From NCBI GenBank assembly GCA_033345275.1, contig JAWPOF010000007.1:100636-164635 (forward strand): a stretch of DNA of 64,000 nt, given 5' to 3'. The notes under the pieces are model-generated. The model made no database searches, was not told the origin of the DNA, and saw nothing but the letters and a program-made list of their open reading frames with translations. A program made the translations under genes and the position numbers. The first letter of the stretch is position 1; each line of letters starts with the position of its first letter. The stretch is from Alphaproteobacteria bacterium. Its GTDB lineage: Bacteria > Pseudomonadota > Alphaproteobacteria > Rs-D84. Below are positions 19,434 through 29,519 of the stretch, in pieces.

Positions 19434-20612
19434 TTATTCCCATCCAAACATTACCTTGATATTTTTAATTACGCGTCCCAGGAATTGGGTTTTGCTGACT
19501 TTGTCTTTGGCAACCAGTGGGGCTGTCGCGATGACACGTCCATTTTGTTCTGCGATTAGTTGCCCAATCTCGTCCCCTGCGTGAACTGGCGCCGCCAGGG
19601 GCTCGTTAAAGCGGGCCAACACACGAACGTTTTTCATATCTGTGTCTTTGTCCAGTGTCACAGCGAACGGTTTCTTCACAGTTGCAATCACAGTTGCGCG
19701 TCTGCCGTACCAAACTGGGATTTCTGTGACCGTATCGCCCGGCTGAAAGAAAACCTTGCTGATGGTATTCGCAAAACCGAACTCCAGCAATTTTTTTGCT
19801 TCGCTTGCCAAGGCCTCGTGTCCTTTGCCATGAAAGCCATTGATGACAGCAATTAATCGTCTTCCGCCGATTTTGGCGCTGGCGACCATGCCATAGCCAC
19901 CTTCGTTTGTGTGTCCTGTTTTCAAACCGTCTGCGCCACGCATGTTGAACAACAGTTTATTATAGTTCATAGTATGCGTGCGTCCCCATTCACGACACCA
20001 ATCTGTTTTATGGTCTTGAAATTCAAAACGTTTTGTTGCAAACATCGGATAAATATCTGGATAGTCTGTTATCAAATGTTCGGCCAGTATCGCCAATTCT
20101 CGACTGGTCATTAAATTGTTTGGGTTGGGCAGGCCACTGGCATTTCCAAATGTTGACTTTTCCATCCCAATGCTGCGCGCCTTTTTTTCCATCATTAATG
20201 TAAACGCTGTCTCGGACCCCGCCAGTTGTTCGGCCACAACAACGGATGCGTCGCCACCCGACAACACAATCAGTCCCAAAATCAAATCTTGCACAGAAAT
20301 ATCCTGGCCTGCTACCAGACATATTTTGCTGGCAGGGTACCATTCGGGGCGGTTATAGTCTGCATTTTCCCCCACAGGGAACCGTGTGTTCATTGTGATA
20401 TTGCCCGCCTTTAATTCATCAAACAGCACCGCCAAAGTCATCAACTTAATCATTGATGATGGCGGCATCAATGTATCTGCATTTTTTGCAACAATTTCCA
20501 CCCCCGAATCATAGTCAATCAGAAACGCGGATTTTGCCTTGGTGTTAAATTCGGCCGCCCCGGCCATCCCAGACAATAAAGTAAAAAATAAAGCGATAAT
20601 TTTCTTTTTCAT
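19434..20612 (-). CDS. D-alanyl-D-alanine carboxypeptidase (PBP5/6 family, S11)
   Basis: Signal peptide, SMIKLMT (SxxK), SGN and KTG motifs. Confidence 0.75.
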   Translation of the reverse strand: MKKKIIALFFTLLSGMAGAAEFNTKAKSAFLIDYDSGVEIVAKNADTLMPPSSMIKLMTLAVLFDELKAGNITMNTRFPVGENADYNRPEWYPASKICLVAGQDISVQDLILGLIVLSGGDASVVVAEQLAGSETAFTLMMEKKARSIGMEKSTFGNASGLPNPNNLMTSRELAILAEHLITDYPDIYPMFATKRFEFQDHKTDWCREWGRTHTMNYNKLLFNMRGADGLKTGHTNEGGYGMVASAKIGGRRLIAVINGFHGKGHEALASEAKKLLEFGFANTISKVFFQPGDTVTEIPVWYGRRATVIATVKKPFAVTLDKDTDMKNVRVLARFNEPLAAPVHAGDEIGQLIAEQNGRVIATAPLVAKDKVSKTQFLGRVIKNIKVMFGWE

Positions 20613-20631
20613 GATTTAGATGTTATCAGTT

Positions 20632-21876
20632 CTAAATTAGATTGCCAACAAAATAATCGCCATCAATGCCATTCAATACAACATTGCAGATTGTTCGGGC
20701 AGGAATGTTTTGTCCCTGAATCCGCACTGCGATATCATGTGGGCACCGTGCGACATTGTTTTCTTCGGCCAGAACTTGAACAACTGTTCCCGTCCGGGTA
20801 CGCATAAACTCGGCACGATTTTTATTGGCCAAATCGGTTAAAATCTTAACCCGTTTTTTTGATACAGACCGGTCAACTTGTTCCGGCATATTGGCGGCCA
20901 AGGTGTGGGGGCGGGGCGAAAAAGGAAAGGCGTGAATTTTAATTGGCTTTACTTCGTTCGCCAATGCCATTGTTTCATAAAACAAATTATCAGTTTCACC
21001 CGGGAAACCACAAATAATATCCCAACTGAAGGTAATCTTGCCAGCGCCCCGTGCGACTAAATCTCTAACGCGTTGCGCAGTATGTCGCCGTCCCATGGCG
21101 CGTAAAATTGTATCGGATCCCGACTGCATTGAAAAGTGCAGGTGTGGCATCATGCGCGGTTCACTTAAAATTAAATCTATAACATTATCAATGTCAGGCA
21201 CTGCCGGATCAACCGATGACAGGCGCAACCGTTCAATTCCAGATACATCTGCCAACAAGCGCCGACATAAATCAGAAATTAAATAAATCTTGTCGCCTTC
21301 TTTCTGGACGTATGATGCCAAATCCACCCCCGTCAGCACAATTTCGCCGAACCCATCACAGACCGCTTGCTGAACATCTCTCAAGATATTCTCGTATTCA
21401 AACGAAACAGCAACGCCACGCAGTTGTCGTGTGATACAGTACGCACAATTATGGTTGCAACCATTTTGAATCTGTACAAACTGTTTAGACAGTTTTGTGT
21501 CCTTGTGATTAAATTTCAAGATTTCCGGCTTTTCTATATTTGTTTGTTGCCCCAGGTATGCATTTAACTTCATCTTGTCGTGGTTTGAAATAACGATTGC
21601 ATTTGATACGTTCAAAAACAGTTTCGGGTTACGTGTCGCAGCACACCCAGTGACAAACAGCGCGACATTTGGGTTCTCGCGCGCTATACGCCGCACCGCC
21701 TGACCCGATTGACGTTCTGCCTCGGCTGTGACCGCGCAAGTGTTGACTACAATTGCCACATCCATATGCTGATCCAGCATATTTTTAATCTTTTCAGACT
21801 CCAAAGCATTCAACCGACAGCCGAAAGATAATGTTTTAATATTACTTTTTTTATTTTCTGCTTGCATTTTAATCAT
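20632..21876 (-). CDS. MiaB-family radical SAM methylthiotransferase (MtaB/RimO-like)
   Basis: N-terminal MTTase Cys triad, CNHNCAYC radical SAM motif, TRAM-like C-terminus; 414 aa. Confidence 0.7.
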   Translation of the reverse strand: MIKMQAENKKSNIKTLSFGCRLNALESEKIKNMLDQHMDVAIVVNTCAVTAEAERQSGQAVRRIARENPNVALFVTGCAATRNPKLFLNVSNAIVISNHDKMKLNAYLGQQTNIEKPEILKFNHKDTKLSKQFVQIQNGCNHNCAYCITRQLRGVAVSFEYENILRDVQQAVCDGFGEIVLTGVDLASYVQKEGDKIYLISDLCRRLLADVSGIERLRLSSVDPAVPDIDNVIDLILSEPRMMPHLHFSMQSGSDTILRAMGRRHTAQRVRDLVARGAGKITFSWDIICGFPGETDNLFYETMALANEVKPIKIHAFPFSPRPHTLAANMPEQVDRSVSKKRVKILTDLANKNRAEFMRTRTGTVVQVLAEENNVARCPHDIAVRIQGQNIPARTICNVVLNGIDGDYFVGNLI

Positions 21877-21926
21877 CCGAATGGCATTATAACCTGACTA
21901 AAAATGATTTCAACAAAGGAATTAAA

Positions 21927-22304
21927 ATGGCGCGTACAACAAATTCTGATACATTACCATATGTGGAAAGTCGTTATGAACTGGGGATGTTGGCATCTCA
22001 GCGTGTTCGTGATTTGAATGGTGGTGCGGAACCCGTGGTTGAACGTGGCAACGACAAATTGACGGTTGTTGCATTGCGTGAAATTGCAAGTGGTAAATTG
22101 GATGTCAATGCAGTTCGGCATGAATTTATACAGTCTTACAAGGAAGTTCCAAGTGTGTCGGATGCTGAAACTAATCTCGAGGTTGGAAGCGAAGATCCGT
22201 TGTTGCGAGAAATAGATGCAGAGTTAGAAGCCAGTTTGACAGATGACGAACTTGGCGCAATCAGCGTCGAAGAAGCGGTTGATGTTGCCGCGGACGCAGA
22301 ATAG
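21927..22304 (+). CDS. rpoZ: RNA polymerase omega subunit
   Basis: MARTT..SRYELGMLASQRVRDLNGG and LTVVALREIASGKL match the RpoZ consensus; acidic C-terminal tail. Confidence 0.7.
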   Translation: MARTTNSDTLPYVESRYELGMLASQRVRDLNGGAEPVVERGNDKLTVVALREIASGKLDVNAVRHEFIQSYKEVPSVSDAETNLEVGSEDPLLREIDAELEASLTDDELGAISVEEAVDVAADAE

Positions 22305-22313
22305 TTTAGATTC

Positions 22314-22404
22314 GGAGATGTCGCATAGTTGGTCTAGTGCGCTACATTGGAAATGTAGTATACCCGCAAGGGTATCAAGGGTTCGAATCCCTTCATCTCC
22401 GCCA
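22314..22404 (+). tRNA. tRNA-Ser (anticodon GGA), class II
   Basis: GGAGATG acceptor, anticodon stem CTACA/TGTAG with loop TTGGAAA, long variable arm, T-arm GGGTTCGAATCCC, CTCCGCCA 3' end. Confidence 0.85.
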
Positions 22405-22846
22405 CTAATAAGGTACTGAAAGTACTTAATTTTTTAACAAAACATCGCCGTAAAAAAGCGATGTTTTATTTTTGTAAAAATGGGTAAAAAATATCGCTTT
22501 GTTTGGGGTAAAAATGGGTTTTGTGGGGCTAAAAAAATAATGGCGATAGATGATGTAAAAAAGGTAAAAACGCATGACGAGCCAAAGGTATCGAATTTTC
22601 GAGTATATTATGAACCGCCAGAAATAATCAAAACCCCGACAAAATCTGTCGGGGCTTTGTTTTTAGGCGGATTTCAGCCACTTTTTCGCCACGAAGTTAC
22701 CAGTATGTACAACGAAGTTATCAAATAATCGAATAATCCCACCACTTACATACAAGCCTCAAAATCCCGATGCCAGTTTCGCACGTTTTTCCCTTGAAAA
22801 ACGTCAAAAAAATCCTACATGTAGAGTAATAAACAAAGGATTAAAA

Positions 22847-23917
22847 ATGGCTCCAGTACCGAATTCTAAATTAGCATTAAAAAGACAACAGCTTATTGCG
22901 GATAACCAAAAGTTAGAATTGCAAAGTGAAACGCTACAAAACGATATATCACAAGCACAGGAAACGTTGGCTTCATTGCAATCAAATATTGATGTGATCA
23001 GACAGGAGTTATCAGATTCCAGGTTGGAAAAAGAAGGGCTGATTAGTGATGTCAGTCAATTAAAAACAGAAAAAGAAGAACTAAAAAATGAAATTGGAGT
23101 CTCTGATGATGCTGATGTATATCCAGAAGGATCGCTAAATTATGAAAAACAAAAGTTGAAAAATGCGATTAAAAAGTTGGAGACTGATGGACAAAAGCGT
23201 GAAGAAGAAATCGATGCGAAAACAAAAGAATTAGATGTTGCATACCAAAAACATAAAGCAAAAATAGAAAAAAATATAACAATTATAGATAATGTAAAAA
23301 AATTTAAAGAAGAATCCGTTCGAAATATGCGCTTCTACGGTCGATGCATGGTGTTAGCGATTTTTTTAGTATTGGTGGTTGGTTGGTTTTCTCTGCATAA
23401 CATTTCTGAGACTTTGCAACTTTTTTCAGAACAGCTGAAAGTTATTAATGTCGGTCTTGTTCCGAATGGGTGGAACTGGGTGTATGCCGCACTTTCAATT
23501 GTCATCGTTAAGATTCCCAATGCTTTATTGTTTGCGGGTTTGTTGTTTGTGTTATACAAAATATTTGGGGTGTTGTTTGGTGTGTACGAAAAAATTAATA
23601 CCGAAAAAAGAAAAATATCAACAATAGAAGCATTAGTGCATCATATGAACGAACAGAGTGTCGGAATTGTACTTGGACGAGAAATAGATTATGAAAACAA
23701 AGATGAGATTGAAAACGCCAAAGACGATTTGAAATGGAACATATTATCAGAATATTTTTCACAGACCGCAGAAGATTCTGCTGACTCAGATAATGTATTA
23801 CGCCGCGAAAATAAAGTTCTAAGGGAAATATTTTTGGATAAACACAAGAAGTATAGTTTTAATGGCCATATGGTCGGTGCGGAGATGGAAACAGGAAACC
23901 CTACAAAATCATTATAA
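22847..23917 (+). CDS. hypothetical coiled-coil protein with two TM helices
   Basis: N-terminal heptad-rich region, central hydrophobic segments; present only in the left copy of the duplicated recombinase module. Confidence 0.4.
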   Translation: MAPVPNSKLALKRQQLIADNQKLELQSETLQNDISQAQETLASLQSNIDVIRQELSDSRLEKEGLISDVSQLKTEKEELKNEIGVSDDADVYPEGSLNYEKQKLKNAIKKLETDGQKREEEIDAKTKELDVAYQKHKAKIEKNITIIDNVKKFKEESVRNMRFYGRCMVLAIFLVLVVGWFSLHNISETLQLFSEQLKVINVGLVPNGWNWVYAALSIVIVKIPNALLFAGLLFVLYKIFGVLFGVYEKINTEKRKISTIEALVHHMNEQSVGIVLGREIDYENKDEIENAKDDLKWNILSEYFSQTAEDSADSDNVLRRENKVLREIFLDKHKKYSFNGHMVGAEMETGNPTKSL

Positions 23918-25501
23918 CTGATTACCTTTTGCAATTTGAAATAAATCATTAACATTGATATGTATTTTTCCGGACAGGATTTCATTAACCTTGTCCGGAT
24001 TCATATACGCGATATCTAGGTGTCGGTAAAACTGGCGTGGTGAAGTGTGCTCTTCTTGGAATATTCTGTGGATATCCCCATCCCTTTCATATAATTCTCT
24101 AAATTTCCATGCGGTGGCAAAGGCCTTTAATATCAGGTGGTTGTTTTCTGTAATGCTCAGCGTGCCATTACGCCCTCCGCTAAATCTGGTATTAGCATAT
24201 CGACGCAGTACAACCGGTCGCACAATCGTCACATTATCGCCATTTACCGTGTATTCCATTGGGTTTGCATTTTGATTAATGTGATATTCAGATAAAAATG
24301 CATTGAATAACTGAGGATTGGTATTGATATGAAATATCAGTTTTTCTTGTGAATAAATAGCTCGGTCAATCATAACGCGAACCAATTCTCGTCTTTGCAG
24401 GTATGACAAGTCATCCCACACAATCCGTTTTAAAGCCACGACTCCATTCTGAGACAGGGCACTCATATCACTGTCCAGAAACTCGGCTACAACAGACATG
24501 GCTATTTCATCCACCTGTGCCGCCGGCAGATAGAATCCCCGTGTCCCATAGTAATATGGCCCCATCTTGTCCTTGGGGCATGCGTGCTGATTGGCAAAAC
24601 GTACACCTTTGTCGTTATACAGCTTTCGTGACAGCAGGTTTGGCGACCGCCTGCGATGACTGGTATTGTTAGAATTCGCCCTCAATGCATCCTGTACCTG
24701 TTCAAATACATCTGGCGACAAGATCGCCTGATGTTCGCCACGGGCAACATTATTGCTGACTTTATTTTCAATCATTCCGATATAGATTTTATCTCGCAGA
24801 ATCTTATGCATGCTATGCGGGGCAATCGGTTTCCCTCCGCGTTGCACCCCCTTGGCGGTTGTCCATGCCTTGGCGCGAATACCGTTGCTTTCGGCCCACA
24901 GGGTCAAGTCGTTCACAGATTGCAGCTCCAAGTATTTACCAAACAGTTGTCTAACTTGCTCGGCTTCGGCTGGATTTACAATCAGCTTCTTGTCCACGAC
25001 ATCATACCCCAACCGTGGCATGCCACCCATCCATATGCCTTTTGCTTTACTTGCGCGTATTTTATCCCGTACTCGTTCGGATGAAACCTCTCGTTCAAAT
25101 TGGGCGAACGACAGCAACATATTCAGCGTCAATTTACCCATAGATGTACTGGTGTCAAACGATTGGGTTATGGACACAAAGTTCGCGTTATACTTGTTGA
25201 AATACTGCATCATCTTATGAAAATCTAATATGGAACGTGATAACCGATCAACCTTATAAACCACCACGGTATTAACCAAGCCACGTGCCATATCGTCCAA
25301 CATTTGTTTCAGGGCAGGCCGTTCCATAGTCCCACCAGAAATCGCCGCATCACTGTATGTTTTACAATATTGCCAACCGTTGAACGATTGGGACGCAATA
25401 TATGCCTTGCATGATTCTTCCTGATTTTGTAATGAGTTAAACTCCATATCCAACCCATGCTCGGTTGATTTTCGTGTATAAATCGCACATCTAACTGTCA
25501 T
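23912..25501 (-). CDS. large serine recombinase (resolvase/invertase N-terminal domain + recombinase + zinc-ribbon/coiled-coil C-terminus)
   Basis: AIYTRKST...VVYKVDRLSRS resolvase catalytic domain, 529 aa. Confidence 0.8.
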   Translation of the reverse strand: MTVRCAIYTRKSTEHGLDMEFNSLQNQEESCKAYIASQSFNGWQYCKTYSDAAISGGTMERPALKQMLDDMARGLVNTVVVYKVDRLSRSILDFHKMMQYFNKYNANFVSITQSFDTSTSMGKLTLNMLLSFAQFEREVSSERVRDKIRASKAKGIWMGGMPRLGYDVVDKKLIVNPAEAEQVRQLFGKYLELQSVNDLTLWAESNGIRAKAWTTAKGVQRGGKPIAPHSMHKILRDKIYIGMIENKVSNNVARGEHQAILSPDVFEQVQDALRANSNNTSHRRRSPNLLSRKLYNDKGVRFANQHACPKDKMGPYYYGTRGFYLPAAQVDEIAMSVVAEFLDSDMSALSQNGVVALKRIVWDDLSYLQRRELVRVMIDRAIYSQEKLIFHINTNPQLFNAFLSEYHINQNANPMEYTVNGDNVTIVRPVVLRRYANTRFSGGRNGTLSITENNHLILKAFATAWKFRELYERDGDIHRIFQEEHTSPRQFYRHLDIAYMNPDKVNEILSGKIHINVNDLFQIAKGNQL

Positions 25502-25928
25502 TGCTTTTCCTTTGGCTCAGCCCAAAGAAATCCGGCCCCGAAATCTTGATGCCTGATATATCTTTGGCTATTGCGGACAGAGTGCGATATTTTTCGCCAT
25601 TATACGTGAACGTATTGTCGTCATTGACGATGATTTCATGCATGATTCCGCGGAACTCTTTGCGTATAATCGCCCCCGGTGTCAGGTTGTATTTGGTCCG
25701 TGCTGCACGTGTCACGCACTCTGATGGATTATCTTTATACCGCTTGATTTTGACCAGATACTTTTTCTCTATTCGTAGGCCCAACCGGTCGAATTGAATA
25801 TAGTACCATAACGAACGGTTCTGGCGTTTGAACGGGTAGGGCGAATATTTTGCCCATAACTTTGCCCGTTCTGAATACGGCAATGCCTTTAATACGTCCA
25901 TGGTTTTGGGCAACTCTCTTTTTCTCAT
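25491..25928 (-). CDS. DUF2924-like protein (conserved partner of large serine recombinases)
   Basis: 145 aa, overlaps the recombinase start; family assignment from memory of gene neighbourhoods, not searched. Confidence 0.5.
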   Translation of the reverse strand: MRKRELPKTMDVLKALPYSERAKLWAKYSPYPFKRQNRSLWYYIQFDRLGLRIEKKYLVKIKRYKDNPSECVTRAARTKYNLTPGAIIRKEFRGIMHEIIVNDDNTFTYNGEKYRTLSAIAKDISGIKISGPDFFGLSQRKSNDS

Positions 25929-26128
25929 TTTTGCGCCTCTATTTCAACATTAAACCAAGCCTGCACAGCCGGCACTAAGCCCATCTGTGCGATGTCGTTT
26001 ATAAACACTTCGGCCTCGTTTTGAATCCCATGTTTCCAGAACACATCAAGACATTGCAAAACCAAACGGGTATTATCAATTGGTTGTGTGATTTTAATAG
26101 TAATTTCCGGATGTTTTGGCATATTCAA
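25925..26128 (-). CDS. small conserved protein (67 aa) in the recombinase module
   Basis: Translationally coupled upstream of DUF2924; a second copy at 50114-50311 is 85% identical. Confidence 0.35.
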   Translation of the reverse strand: MNMPKHPEITIKITQPIDNTRLVLQCLDVFWKHGIQNEAEVFINDIAQMGLVPAVQAWFNVEIEAQK

Positions 26129-26245
26129 CTCCTTTGCTTAACATCACGCAATTACTGCTTACAAAGTGGCATAAGTCAAGTTATTTAATTGAAATGTATG
26201 TGAATTTTGTTTAGCCTGGTTTTAAGATGAAAATGGATTAAAAAA

Positions 26246-26632
26246 ATGAAAGTAACTGCTGCGATTTTTAGAGATGGTGATAAAGTTCTGCTGATGCGAC
26301 GTGGGGCAGACCAACCGTTGGCGGGCGAATGGGAATACCCCGGCGGCAAGTTTGAAGATGGCGAAGACGGCCCAACATGCCTGCACAGAGAATTGTTTGA
26401 AGAATTGGGGATAGATGCGCAAATTGGCGACTTGATTACAATCGCAAAACACACAACGGATTCCGGCAAGGTTATAGAACTGCACACATACGAGATTTTG
26501 GACTATACCGGCGAAATTCAATTGCGCGTCCACGATGATATGCGCTGGGTGCCGGTCGCAGACCTGCCATCCTACCCACAACTCCCAGCAGATTTACTTG
26601 TGTCACAAATCTTATCCCAAAAACCATATTGA
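26246..26632 (+). CDS. NUDIX hydrolase, MutT-like
   Basis: Nudix box GGKFEDGEDGPTCLHRELFEELGI. Confidence 0.7.
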   Translation: MKVTAAIFRDGDKVLLMRRGADQPLAGEWEYPGGKFEDGEDGPTCLHRELFEELGIDAQIGDLITIAKHTTDSGKVIELHTYEILDYTGEIQLRVHDDMRWVPVADLPSYPQLPADLLVSQILSQKPY

Positions 26633-26684
26633 TTTATGGGGATTTATTCATTAGACTTTACAGTAGTATAACAAGAGGATTGTA

Positions 26685-27056
26685 ATGAAAAAGTTTGGCA
26701 TTTTACCAATTTTGTTTGCTTTGTCGGCATGTGGTACATTGGGTATCGGCAGCAATCATGAAACCCGTCTGTATAACAATTCCAAAGATACGATAACCGT
26801 ATCTGCCGATAGCGGTGTGTACAAGATAAAGCCAGACCAAGATATGGTTATATTTTCAAATAATGATTTGACCATCAAGTCATCTAATTCGGCATGTTCC
26901 GAAAAGACAGTTATGCGCCAGTTAAATACACCTGCGGTTATTTTGGACGTATTTCCAATTGGATGGATGGTTGGTATTTTGCCCGTATTCATAGATGCGA
27001 TATCTAATAATATGTACAGAATGCCAGAAGCGTATTCGTATTCATGTGTAGAATAA
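26685..27056 (+). CDS. lipoprotein (123 aa)
   Basis: Signal + lipobox LSACG. Confidence 0.4.
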   Translation: MKKFGILPILFALSACGTLGIGSNHETRLYNNSKDTITVSADSGVYKIKPDQDMVIFSNNDLTIKSSNSACSEKTVMRQLNTPAVILDVFPIGWMVGILPVFIDAISNNMYRMPEAYSYSCVE

Positions 27057-27072
27057 AACAAAGGAGAAAAAA

Positions 27073-27435
27073 ATGAGCAAAACTTGGACTTTTGTTTTAG
27101 GGATGGTAACAGGTATTGTATTGTCGTGCTTGTTTATTGCAGGTACTGCTCCTACAGATTCTTCAGTTGTTACTATGCTAGATGAGCCGGGCGATTGCTT
27201 AACAACTTCAAACCTTACTGTTTTTCAGGTGTTGGCACCAAACATGGCACTGGCGGCAATAGATTCTTCTTTTGATTCGTTGCTTTTTTTGGTAACAAAT
27301 GATGACGGGCAAATCTATTACGATGCGCAAGTGATTAAAGTGCCAAACAAAAAATGTTTTAGACAAATGGGGACTTATAAATACAAAACAAAATCTCAAA
27401 ACATCAGAACTGTACCGATTGTGAAAATAAACTAA
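27073..27435 (+). CDS. hypothetical membrane-anchored protein (120 aa)
   Basis: N-terminal TM; ORF only. Confidence 0.3.
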   Translation: MSKTWTFVLGMVTGIVLSCLFIAGTAPTDSSVVTMLDEPGDCLTTSNLTVFQVLAPNMALAAIDSSFDSLLFLVTNDDGQIYYDAQVIKVPNKKCFRQMGTYKYKTKSQNIRTVPIVKIN

Positions 27436-27477
27436 ACGATTCCAGCCCCAACTGGGCGGGTTTCTTTATCCATACAA

Positions 27478-27512
27478 TCCTTTTTGACATCCTGTGAATT
27501 CGGTTTATACTG
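27478..27512 (+). promoter_or_regulatory. sigma70-like promoter (TTGACA-16-TATACT) overlapping an imperfect inverted repeat (gtgaatt..N..aattcac), candidate damage-inducible operator
   Basis: tttttgacatcctgtgaattcggtttatactgattcacgg; the whole ~85 bp is duplicated at 56405-56490 upstream of the degraded polymerase copy. Confidence 0.45.
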
Positions 27513-27521
27513 ATTCACGGA

Positions 27522-28784
27522 ATGGCGGAAAGGTTTTATCTTTGCATTGATTTAAAGAGTTTTTTTGCCTCGGTCGAAGCGGTTGACCGTGGGCTGGACC
27601 CATTTACAACAAACCTGGTGGTGGCGGACCCGTCACGGGGGCGGGGGTCGGTCTGTTTGGCGATAACGCCGGCGATGAAGGCGCTGGGGATTCGCAATCG
27701 TTGCCGGATCTTTGAAATCCCGCGTGGGGTCGAATACATCACCGCCATGCCCCGCATGAAAAAGTATATGGAGGTATCTGCCCAGATTTACGGTATTTAT
27801 CTGCGCTATATCTCGCCCGAAGACATCCATGTCTATTCCATTGACGAATGCTTTATCGATATCACGCCTTACTTGAAAATGTATAAACGGTCGCCCAAAG
27901 AAATGGCGATAATGCTGATGGATGCGGTGCGGGCCGAGACGGGAATATGCGCCACCGCCGGCATTGGTACGAACCTGTTCCTGGCCAAGGTTGCGCTGGA
28001 TATCACGGCCAAGAAAGTCCCCGACCATATCGGATACTTGGATGCGGAATCGTTCCGCCAGCACCTGTGGCATCATCGGCCAATAACGGACATCTGGAAC
28101 ATCGGTGCGGGAATTGCAAGGCGATTGGAAAAGTACGGTGTGTATGACCTGTATGGGGTGACGCAGATGCCACCCGAAACCCTGTACAAAGAATTCGGCA
28201 CAAATGCGGAATACCTGATTGATCATGCGAACGGCATCGAGCCGTGCACGATTGCCGACATTCACAATTATCAGGCGAAATCCCATTCCCTGTCCAACGG
28301 CCAGATTCTGTTTGAGGACTATAACTTTGATGATGCGATGATTGTGATGCAGGAAATGGTGGATAACCTGGTCTTGGAATTGGTGGAAAAGAACCTGGTG
28401 GCGGATGAAATATCACTGTCGGTGGGGTATTCACGTGATGTGCGACGCCCAACCGGGGGCAGTCGTAAATTGCCAGCGCACACATCGTCCTATAAATCAT
28501 TGGTGGCGGAGTTTATGCGATTGTATCGGGAAACAACGGACCGGCGCACGCCGATACATAAATTGACGGTGGGGCTGGGGAACCTGGTTGATGCGGATAC
28601 TGTGCATTTGCAACTGGATTTATTTGCAGACACAAGGGCGGATGAACGCGAAAGTAAACTGCAACATGCGCTGTTGGATATCAAGGGCAAGTTTGGCAAG
28701 AATGCCGTCCTGCGTGGCATAAATTATCACGAGAAATCCACAGGCCGCAAACGTAATACTTTGGTTGGGGGACATAATGGCTGA
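27522..28784 (+). CDS. Y-family DNA polymerase (UmuC/UvrX-like translesion polymerase)
   Basis: FYLCIDLKSFFASVE start, SIDECFID catalytic motif, little-finger domain; 420 aa. Confidence 0.8.
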   Translation: MAERFYLCIDLKSFFASVEAVDRGLDPFTTNLVVADPSRGRGSVCLAITPAMKALGIRNRCRIFEIPRGVEYITAMPRMKKYMEVSAQIYGIYLRYISPEDIHVYSIDECFIDITPYLKMYKRSPKEMAIMLMDAVRAETGICATAGIGTNLFLAKVALDITAKKVPDHIGYLDAESFRQHLWHHRPITDIWNIGAGIARRLEKYGVYDLYGVTQMPPETLYKEFGTNAEYLIDHANGIEPCTIADIHNYQAKSHSLSNGQILFEDYNFDDAMIVMQEMVDNLVLELVEKNLVADEISLSVGYSRDVRRPTGGSRKLPAHTSSYKSLVAEFMRLYRETTDRRTPIHKLTVGLGNLVDADTVHLQLDLFADTRADERESKLQHALLDIKGKFGKNAVLRGINYHEKSTGRKRNTLVGGHNG

Positions 28785-29106
28785 TAATACTGCACGTGCA
28801 AAACAGTTTATGCCATTCGCGGCCCTGCGTGGGTATTATGCGATGGTGCTGGCTAAAAATCGGGTGGTTGAGCCCAGGCGGGAGTTGATTGGCGATGCCG
28901 CCGAACGGTTATCTAAAAAGCTCGGGCTGGTTAAAAAAGGTATGATGATAACAGTGCGATTTTACCGGACCGATGCCTATGACACCATAACGGGCATGGT
29001 CACCCGTATAGACCCCGAATACCGATACATTACCATAGTCAAAACCAAAATCCCATTTGATGACATCGCCGACATATATGGCGCCGATATTGTAGATGTA
29101 GAGTAG
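28765..29106 (+). CDS. YolD-like accessory protein of UvrX-type polymerases
   Basis: 113 aa, overlaps the polymerase stop; FMPFAAL motif typical of the YolD family. Confidence 0.5.
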   Translation: MGDIMADNTARAKQFMPFAALRGYYAMVLAKNRVVEPRRELIGDAAERLSKKLGLVKKGMMITVRFYRTDAYDTITGMVTRIDPEYRYITIVKTKIPFDDIADIYGADIVDVE

Positions 29107-29122
29107 AGAGTGTGGTATTGGG

Positions 29123-29509
29123 CTAGGGAATTGGATCAAAGGAACCGATAATATCTCTCATGGGTAAAAAGACTCTTATGTTAAACCGTTTTTTGTAGCC
29201 AAAATTTTTCTCAAGTACCAACATAAGAGAACCACTATCTTCTACATTCGCTAGATGCAAAAGCTGCACTATATCTAGGAATTCTCCAACGGTTTTAATA
29301 TAGATGGTGGTGTCTTCTCTGACCCGGACTGGAATTTTTACCGCAGTCTCTAGTCCTGTAGATTTATTGATAGAATAGAATTCCGCAGTTTGCGTATCCT
29401 TATGGGCTTCAATGCGTAGTCTATTATATTTCGGGTGTAACCAAAACTTTTTAATTTTCTCAACCTCAAGAAGAAAATGCTTTGCATCAAATATGATTCT
29501 GTCATACAT
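29123..29509 (-). CDS. hypothetical protein (128 aa), last gene of the WYL-ARH operon
   Basis: ORF 11 nt downstream of the ARH gene on the same strand. Confidence 0.35.
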   Translation of the reverse strand: MYDRIIFDAKHFLLEVEKIKKFWLHPKYNRLRIEAHKDTQTAEFYSINKSTGLETAVKIPVRVREDTTIYIKTVGEFLDIVQLLHLANVEDSGSLMLVLEKNFGYKKRFNIRVFLPMRDIIGSFDPIP

Positions 29510-29519
29510 AGCCTACACC

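Noticed and set aside
22480-22728. 82-aa ORF just downstream of tRNA-Ser
   Set aside because: It spans the att-like repeat block, has no RBS, and its C-terminal half is the repeat shared with 49475-49620. It is most likely non-coding.
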